Below are positions 30,001 through 37,900 of a stretch of DNA of 64,000 bases, one piece after another. The position numbers and the translations under genes were made by a program. Source of the stretch: Auanema rhodensis (lineage: Eukaryota > Animalia > Nematoda). Location: NCBI GenBank assembly GCA_964057225.1, contig OZ059900.1, positions 13,020,001-13,084,000 on the forward strand, written 5' to 3'. The first letter of the stretch is position 1. Each line of letters opens with the position of its first letter. The notes beneath the pieces are model-generated. The model had not been told where the DNA came from. It did not search any database and saw only the letters and a list, made by a program, of their open reading frames with translations.

Positions 30001-31620
30001 GTCATGTTCATATTCAAATTTGTTTTGCTTTGGCATCTATAGTGTCATATAATCATACTAAGGCAGACAGTTTTCAATATTGCACAGTCATGGTGTGCTT
30101 TCCAAAATGTATTTCCAACTCAGAAGTTCTCTGGTTAGATTGAGATACTACCTCTAACTTGGGTAATTAAACCAAATCTATTCAGGAAACTTATGAACTG
30201 TTCTAGCCTATCGCCGTATATGTGATCAGTGTACAAAGCTATACAAAGCTTTATCCGGTCAAACTATAATGTAAAAGACGCGTCATGTTCATATTCAAAT
30301 TTGTTTTGCTTTGGCATCTATAGGGTCATATAATCATACTAAGGCAGACAGTTTTCAATATTGCACACTCATGGTGTGCTTTCCAAAATGTATTTCCAAC
30401 TCAGAAGTTCTCTGGTTAGATTGAGATACTACCTCTAACTTGGGTAATTAAACCAAATCTATTCAGGAAACTTATGAACTGTTCTAGCCTATCGCCGTAT
30501 AAGTGATCAGTGTACAAAGCTATACAAAGCTTTATCCGGTCAAACTATAATGTAAAAGACGCGTCATGTTCATATTCAAATTTGTTTTGCTTTGGCATCT
30601 ATAGGGTCATATAATCATACTAAGGCAGACAGTTTTCAATATTGCACAGTCATGGTGTGCTTTCCAAAATGTATTTCCAACTCAGAAGTTCTCTGGTTAG
30701 ATTGAGATACTACCTCTAACTTGGGTAATTAAACCAAATCTATTCAGGAAACTTATGAACTGTTCTAGCCTATCGCCGTATATGTGATCAGTGTACAAAG
30801 CTATACAAAGCTTTATCCAGTCAAACTATAATGTAAAAGACGCGTCATGTTCATATTCAAATTTGTTTTGCTTTGGCATCTATAGGGTCATATAATCATA
30901 CTAAGGCAGACAGTTTTCAATATTGCACACTCATGGTGTGCTTTCCAAAATGTATTTCCAACTCAGAAGTTCTCTGGTTAGATTGAGATACTACCTCTAA
31001 CTTGGGTAATTAAACCAAATCTATTCAGGAAACTTATGAACTGTTCTAGCCTATCGCCGTATAAGTGATCAGTGTACAAAGCTATACAAAGCTTTATCCA
31101 GTCAAACTATAATGTAAAAGACGCGTCATGTTCATATTCAAATTTGTTTTGCTTTGGCATCTATAGGGTCATATAATCATACTAAGGCAGACAGTTTTCA
31201 ATATTGCACACTCATGGTGTGCTTTCCAAAATGTATTTCCAACTCAGAAGTTCTCTGGTTAGATTGAGATACTACCTCTAACTTGGGTAATTAAACCAAA
31301 TCTATTCAGGAAACTTATGAACTGTTCTAGCCTATCGCCGTATAAGTGATCAGTGTACAAAGCTATACAAAGCTTTATCCAGTCAAACTATAATGTAAAA
31401 GACGCGTCATGTTCATATTCAAATTTGTTTTGCTTTGGCATCTATAGTGTCATATAATCATACTAAGACAAACAGTTTTCAATATTGCACACTCATGGTG
31501 TGCTTTCCAAAATGTATTTCCAACTCAGAAGTTCTCTGGTTAGATTGAGATACTACCTCTAACTTGGGTAATTAAACCAAATCTATTCAGGAAACTTATG
31601 AACTGTTCTAGCCTATCGCC
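1..31620. repeat. Tandem satellite array, 281-bp monomer, left arm (112 full monomers plus the first 139 bp of the interrupted monomer)
   Basis: ATATTGCACACTCATGG recurs at 1, 282, 563 and onward (period 281). The monomer starting at 31482 is 31481 bp from position 1, which equals 112x281 +10 (one 10-bp duplication near 1010) -1 (one 1-bp deletion near 23552). Monomers differ by only a few SNPs. The array runs off the left edge of the window. Confidence 0.99.
31617..31620 (+). other. Target-site duplication CGCC (left copy)
   Basis: An uninterrupted monomer reads GCCTAT-CGCC-GTATA. Here it reads GCCTAT-CGCC-[element]-CGCC-GTATA. Confidence 0.95.
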
Positions 31621-31957
31621 CGTTCCATTCGGAAATCAATACGTAGCAGGCGGGTTAGAATCAGACGACATGAGGCTGAGAGAGGACGACACGCCCTTCA
31701 TATGGAACACAGACTTCAGCTTTGCCTTATGGAATGACTATGGATGGTTGGTCTTCCTTTCTTAGCTCTCTTTCACTTTATATCTTTATGTAGACTTATA
31801 TAACTTATTGTAATCATGTAGACATAATAAACCTTTCTTTCTCGAGTCTTATGTTTATCCATTATGCTCTTTATCTACCGCTACATCTGGAATACTATCA
31901 CACTCATCTTGTAGGCTTTATTGGTCTATAGGATCGACGTGAGAGCATAACGGAACG
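31621..31957 (+). repeat. 5' LTR (337 bp), termini CGTTCC...GGAACG
   Basis: Base-for-base match by eye to 34577-34913. Identity stops exactly at these ends (preceded by C vs A, followed by T vs C). The terminal inverted repeat is perfect over 6 bp and 8/9 over 9 bp. Confidence 0.97.
31797..31803 (+). promoter_or_regulatory. Candidate TATA box (TATATAA) in the 5' LTR
   Basis: Motif match only. It lies in AT-rich sequence just ~25 bp before the AATAAA, so it may be chance. Confidence 0.25.
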
Positions 31958-31970
31958 TGGAGGTTCCACC
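31958..31970 (+). promoter_or_regulatory. Primer-binding site TGGAGGTTCCACC, complementary to the 3' end of tRNA-Gln
   Basis: Starts with TGG immediately after the 5' LTR. Its reverse complement GGTGGAACCTCCA equals the 3' end of animal cytosolic tRNA-Gln as I recall it (...CTCGGTGGAACCT + CCA); the match is 13 nt. Confidence 0.85.
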
Positions 31971-33365
31971 TCGAACATTTTATCTTGATTTCTTGACTAT
32001 TTTCTCTTATATTTCGTTATTTTTAATACAATTCATTGAATCTGAATTCTCTTATATCTCTAAACCATCTACTCCATGTCTTAACACAATACGGTGGGGC
32101 CAACAACGTTTAAAAGGGAACAGATGCAAGGACCACTCCTTTTGGAGATGGATATTTTATATTTTTTGAAACTGAAGTTATATTTTCCCGTTTGTTCACA
32201 ATTTTCTGTCTGTCTGAACCCAACAATTTTTATAACCTTGCTGTTAACATCGAATACTCTGTTACCCGAACTCGAAGCATTTTTGAGGACCCTAGGATGA
32301 ATTAGTGAACAAATTCACCTAAGGATATTTTTATTGAGATTTATGCCCACACTTTCTCCTTTTAAGGATTGATTTTGGCTTCGAGGAAAGAATAGCCACG
32401 GTTATTTCTTTATTTTTGTGGATGAAACAATTTTGCGCACCAAATTGAGATTATTTCATATTTTGCGATCAGGACTATTTTATTTTGCGTTACATTTCTG
32501 TTCAGACAACTTTTTGCCATTAACATCCAAAAATATTTTGATAACGCATTGAATTTACACGGGAAACCTCACCTAAATGGGAGGAATATTATGAAAAGTG
32601 AATTTTAAGATCGCTATAGTCCGAAAAATCCTGTACAATTTTACGAACTGAATTATTATTAGTGATTGTCTATCAGGTCGTGTTGGCTTAAGCATATCAG
32701 TTTGGATTTTCTCCCCTTACTATATGTCACCTTCCTCATACCGTTATTGTTGTTTTGAAGCATAAGACTCATTCCTAAACGCCATAATTCTTTAAATATA
32801 GTTATTGTAATCTTTAGTCATCTATTCTTAGCCATAATTTTAAAACTAGATTTCTGATCATGATGGGACTACGGTACTCATTCGTTTTCCAAATTGCTTC
32901 CTTAAAGAGTAATGCTATTACGAATGTACATTATGAAAACCGCTAAAATCCTTTGAACATTTACCAAAGTCCATTTTCGTGGCATTTTCGATCACTCGTG
33001 GGTCCAAGAAGATCAGAATTGTCAGAAAAAGAAAAAAAAATGGGAATAAGGACTAATGAGATTGCTCAGGCATCAATCAAGTGAGCACTGAACATTTTTG
33101 AACATATACAAACTGGTTGAATTATATACATTTAAGAATATTAAATTGGAGAGCGAACAAAGTCCAAATTTTCATACGGTAGTAGGCGGATCTCTGTTAA
33201 AGGCCACAACTTAGATTCATTCCTTAACGCCGACTATACAAACCAGTTACTCACAGCTTTCTCACCCCTTTTCCAAAACTCCTTATCCATAACACTCATT
33301 AACGTCCCAAAATCCCCCACGTTACTAAACACTCAAGGTTTTTCCAAACCAAGAGCGCTACGAAA

Positions 33366-33637
33366 GTGGATAAGCGATTTCGATCAGCTGTACCTCTCAG
33401 TACACGAACTGATATTGATCTGCGAGACTCAGCTCCACTCACCCGAAGCCGAGCTCGCGCACAAAGCATCGCTATAATCGAAGACGAGCAGAAAGCCGAG
33501 CACAAAACCGACAAATTCTTTACTCCTCGTGCAGGCACTTATTCACCTACTGAACGATTAAGCGACGAGGATTACGTACCACCAGGAGGAGAAGAAACAT
33601 CCATCATAGTGGAAGAACAAACACCAGTTACTGCTAA
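33366..33637 (+). pseudogene. Probable Gag N-terminal remnant (GTG start; (M)DKRFRS...LTRSRAR...SDEDYVPP...TPVTAK); frame continues to a stop at 33782
   Basis: First coding-like, less AT-rich segment after a ~1.4-kb leader. The peptide is hydrophilic and disordered, with an LTRSRAR motif reminiscent of Gag N-termini. No capsid domain or zinc knuckle is visible, so the call is positional inference. Confidence 0.45.
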
Positions 33638-33880
33638 GAAGTCAACAACGTTGAAGGAAACATGGTACAACTCAAGAATCCATTTGGAAAAATTCAAGAC
33701 GTACACAAAGACAATCTCAAACTTTTGCGATCAAATACAACGACTTATGACACGGACGACGACAGCGATATTGAGATCATAAAAGTCATAAATGGTAACG
33801 ATAACTATGACTCTACTGAAGAAACAGAACCAGAAGACCCATCGGACCAAAATTGGCTACCACCAAGAAGAAGACGATGA
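33638..33880 (+). pseudogene. Probable integrase C-terminal remnant (EVNNVEGNMVQLKNPFGKIQDVHKDNLKLL + acidic tail ending PPRRRR*)
   Basis: Extending ORF 33662-33880 upstream to the TAA at 33635-33637 gives EVNNVEGNMVQL...VHKDNLK. This fits the second half of the Ty3/Gypsy integrase GPY/F (SH3-like) module (GPY/F-x-V...VH-x-D/N-x-LK). The GPY/F triplet itself and everything upstream are absent. Confidence 0.6.
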
Positions 33881-34541
33881 AAGAAATAATTTCGAGATTG
33901 ATAAAATTATTGTAAAACTTTGTATCAACTCTCTTTTAAAAAACCAGAGCTATTAATATTATTATATCATTGAAAAACTTGAGTAAGACGAGATGTAAGC
34001 TAGTAATGAAAAAGCATTTCAGTTTCAAAGCATATATGATTATAAAACTTCATCAATTTCAAATAATTTCCCGTAAATAAAGAAGAAATGAAAGATAAGA
34101 GACATTATATTGCATATTCATCTGAGCAACAGTCCTTATCAAGTAGTTAATGATTCAATTCCGGAAATTATATGGGATTTAGTTTAATTTTTTTTATTAT
34201 TACAATTCGCTTTGAATACGCTGAAGAAACATGCTAGCTCCATCGATAATATAGCATGACTCTCGTTTCTCTATACTCAAACAAGTTAGACATGCAGCGT
34301 CGTGCCTAAAAAGCTATTTTGCGCACTCTCGCTGACAAAATATAGCCCTGGTATTCTAAAAGATTGTTTTATTCCTTAATATTCATGTATTTTCAAATAA
34401 TTTTTATTAAATTCTTTTCAGATAATATTGTTTAACATTATATTGTAATTTATCTTTACTATTTTTATGTTAACATTGTAATTTTTATTTTTAAAAACTA
34501 AACCTTCTGCTACGATTGAAACAAGCCACATATTTTGCTAT

Positions 34542-34555
34542 TCGCGAGGACGCGA
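34542..34555 (+). promoter_or_regulatory. TCGC-GAGGAC-GCGA stem-loop upstream of the PPT
   Basis: Perfect 4-bp stem around GAGGAC, about 10 nt before the PPT. It resembles the GAGGAC hairpins I recall at this position in many Ty3/Gypsy elements (recalled, not searched). Confidence 0.55.
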
Positions 34556-34564
34556 CATAAACTC

Positions 34565-34576
34565 GAAAAAATGGCA
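34565..34576 (+). promoter_or_regulatory. Putative polypurine tract GAAAAAATGGCA
   Basis: 10 of 12 bases are purines and the tract abuts the 3' LTR. It is short and A-rich, so weaker than a typical PPT. Confidence 0.55.
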
Positions 34577-34913
34577 CGTTCCATTCGGAAATCAATACGT
34601 AGCAGGCGGGTTAGAATCAGACGACATGAGGCTGAGAGAGGACGACACGCCCTTCATATGGAACACAGACTTCAGCTTTGCCTTATGGAATGACTATGGA
34701 TGGTTGGTCTTCCTTTCTTAGCTCTCTTTCACTTTATATCTTTATGTAGACTTATATAACTTATTGTAATCATGTAGACATAATAAACCTTTCTTTCTCG
34801 AGTCTTATGTTTATCCATTATGCTCTTTATCTACCGCTACATCTGGAATACTATCACACTCATCTTGTAGGCTTTATTGGTCTATAGGATCGACGTGAGA
34901 GCATAACGGAACG
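34577..34913 (+). repeat. 3' LTR (337 bp), termini CGTTCC...GGAACG
   Basis: Direct repeat of 31621-31957 at offset 2956; no mismatch found by eye. Confidence 0.97.
34782..34787 (+). terminator. Candidate polyadenylation signal AATAAA in the 3' LTR (copy at 31826-31831 in the 5' LTR)
   Basis: AATAAA followed by T-rich sequence, on the strand defined by the PBS and PPT. Confidence 0.45.
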
Positions 34914-34917
34914 CGCC
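34914..34917 (+). other. Target-site duplication CGCC (right copy)
   Basis: ...GGAACG|CGCC|GTATAAG; duplicates 31617-31620. Confidence 0.95.
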
Positions 34918-37900
34918 GTATAAGTGATCAGTGTACAAAGCTATACAAAGCTTTATCCAGTCAAACTATAATGTAAAAGACGCGTCATGTTCATATTCAA
35001 ATTTGTTTTGCTTTGGCATCTATAGGGTCATATAATCATACTAAGGCAGACAGTTTTCAATATTGCACACTCATGGTGTGCTTTCCAAAATGTATTTCCA
35101 ACTCAGAAGTTCTCTGGTTAGATTGAGATACTACCTCTAACTTGGGTAATTAAACAAAATCTATTCAGGAAACTTATGAACTGTTCTAGCCTATCGCCGT
35201 ATAAGTGATCAGTGTACAAAGCTATACAAAGCTTTATCCAGTCAAACTATAATGTAAAAGACGCGTCATGTTCATATTCAAATTTGTTTTGCTTTGGCAT
35301 CTATAGTGTCATATAATCATACTAAGGCAGACAGTTTTCAATATTGCACACTCATGGTGTGCTTTCCAAAATGTATTTCCAACTCAGAAGTTCTCTGGTT
35401 AGATTGAGATACTACCTCTAACTTGGGTAATTAAACCAAATCTATTCAGGAAACTTATGAACTGTTCTAGCCTATCGCCGTATATGTGATCAGTGTACAA
35501 AGCTATACAAAGCTTTTTCCGGTCAAACTATAATGTAAAAGACGCGTCATGTTCATATTCAAATTTGTTTTGCTTTGGCATCTATAGGGTCATATAATCA
35601 TACTAAGGCAGACAGTTTTCAATATTGCACAGTCATGGTGTGCTTTCCAAAATGTATTTCCAACTCAGAAGTTCTCTGGTTAGATTGAGATACTACCTCT
35701 AACTTGGGTAATTAAACCAAATCTATTCAGGAAACTTATGAACTGTTCTAGCCTATCGCCGTATAAGTGATCAGTGTACAAAGCTATACAAAGCTTTATC
35801 CGGTCAAACTATAATGTAAAAGACGCGTCATGTTCATATTCAAATTTGTTTTGCTTTGGCATCTATAGGGTCATATAATCATACTAAGGCAGACAGTTTT
35901 CAATATTGCACAGTCATGGTGTGCTTTCCAAAATGTATTTCCAACTCAGAAGTTCTCTGGTTAGATTGAGATACTACCTCTAACTTGGGTAATTAAACCA
36001 AATCTATTCAGGAAACTTATGAACTGTTCTAGCCTATCGCCGTATATGTGATCAGTGTACAAAGCTATACAAAGCTTTATCCGGTCAAACTATAATGTAA
36101 AAGACGCGTCATGTTCATATTCAAATTTGTTTTGCTTTGGCATCTATAGTGTCATATAATCATACTAAGGCAGACAGTTTTCAATATTGCACACTCATGG
36201 TGTGCTTTCCAAAATGTATTTCCAACTCAGAAGTTCTCTGGTTAGATTGAGATACTACCTCTAACTTGGGTAATTAAACCAAATCTATTCAGGAAACTTA
36301 TGAACTGTTCTAGCCTATCGCCGTATAAGTGATCAGTGTACAAAGCTATACAAAGCTTTATCCAGTCAAACTATAATGTAAAAGACGCGTCATGTTCATA
36401 TTCAAATTTGTTTTGCTTTGGCATCTATAGTGTCATATAATCATACTAAGACAAACAGTTTTCAATATTGCACACTCATGGTGTGCTTTCCAAAATGTAT
36501 TTCCAACTCAGAAGTTCTCTGGTTAGATTGAGATACTACCTCTAACTTGGGTAATTAAACCAAATCTATTCAGGAAACTTATGAACTGTTCTAGCCTATC
36601 GCCGTATAAGTGATCAGTGTACAAAGCTATACAAAGCTTTATCCAGTCAAACTATAATGTAAAAGACGCGTCATGTTCATATTCAAATTTGTTTTGCTTT
36701 GGCATCTATAGGGTCATATAATCATACTAAGGCAGACAGTTTTCAATATTGCACACTCATGGTGTGCTTTCCAAAATGTATTTCCAACTCAGAAGTTCTC
36801 TGGTTAGATTGAGATACTACCTCTAACTTGGGTAATTAAACCAAATCTATTCAGGAAACTTATGAACTGTTCTAGCCTATCGCCGTATAAGTGATCAGTG
36901 TACAAAGCTATACAAAGCTTTATCCAGTCAAACTATAATGTAAAAGACGCGTCATGTTCATATTCAAATTTGTTTTGCTTTGGCATCTATAGTGTCATAT
37001 AATCATACTAAGGCAGACAGTTTTCAATATTGCACACTCATGGTGTGCTTTCCAAAATGTGTTTCCAACTCAGAAGTTCTCTGGTTAGATTGAGATACTA
37101 CCTCTAACTTGGGTAATTAAACCAAATCTATTCAGGAAACTTATGAACTGTTCTAGCCTATCGCCGTATATGTGATCAGTGTACAAAGCTATACAAAGCT
37201 ATACAAAGCTTTATCCGGTCAAACTATAATGTAAAAGACGCGTCATGTTCATATTCAAATTTGTTTTGCTTTGGCATCTATAGTGTCATATAATCATACT
37301 AAGACAAACAGTTTTCAATATTGCACACTCATGGTGTGCTTTCCAAAATGTATTTCCAACTCAGAAGTTCTCTGGTTAGATTGAGATACTACCTCTAACT
37401 TGGGTAATTAAACCAAATCTATTCAGGAAACTTATGAACTGTTCTAGCCTATCGCCGTATATGTGATCAGTGTACAAAGCTATACAAAGCTTTATCCAGT
37501 CAAACTATAATGTAAAAGACGCGTCATGTTCATATTCAAATTTGTTTTGCTTTGGCATCTATAGTGTCATATAATCATACTAAGACAAACAGTTTTCAAT
37601 ATTGCACACTCATGGTGTGCTTTCCAAAATGTATTTCCAACTCAGAAGTTCTCTGGTTAGATTGAGATACTACCTCTAACTTGGGTAATTAAACCAAATC
37701 TATTCAGGAAACTTATGAACTGTTCTAGCCTATCGCCGTATAAGTGATCAGTGTACAAAGCTATACAAAGCTTTATCCAGTCAAACTATAATGTAAAAGA
37801 CGCGTCATGTTCATATTCAAATTTGTTTTGCTTTGGCATCTATAGGGTCATATAATCATACTAAGGCAGACAGTTTTCAATATTGCACACTCATGGTGTG

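Larger units (their letters stand above)
31621..34913 (+). mobile_element. Non-autonomous LTR retrotransposon (probable Ty3/Gypsy internal-deletion derivative), 3,293 bp, inserted in the satellite
   Basis: 337-bp direct terminal repeats, CGCC on both flanks, PBS right after the 5' LTR, and a purine tract right before the 3' LTR. The interrupted monomer spans 31482 to 35060 = 3578 bp = 281 + 3293 + 4, i.e. a clean insertion with a 4-bp TSD. The longest internal ORF is 138 aa. The Gypsy assignment is inferred from the integrase-tail-like remnant being last, the 4-bp TSD and the GAGGAC hairpin. Confidence 0.93.

Noticed and set aside
31957-32300. Two short + strand ORFs (70 and 68 aa) after the 5' LTR
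   Set aside because: The first overlaps the PBS and starts at GTG, and the second also lacks an ATG start. Their F/I/L-rich composition reflects a T-rich leader, and there are no Gag motifs.
33299-33538. 79-aa minus-strand ORF
   Set aside because: Antisense shadow of the Gag-like remnant with no independent support.
33630-33782. Programmed ribosomal frameshift joining the two overlapping ORFs
   Set aside because: No clear slippery heptamer at the switch point, and the product would lack all catalytic domains. A deletion junction is simpler.
31621-34913. DNA transposon, DIRS element or composite IS interpretation of the insert
   Set aside because: The long repeats are direct, with PBS, PPT and a TSD. 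The inverted repeats are only 6-9 bp, and no transposase or tyrosine recombinase is visible.
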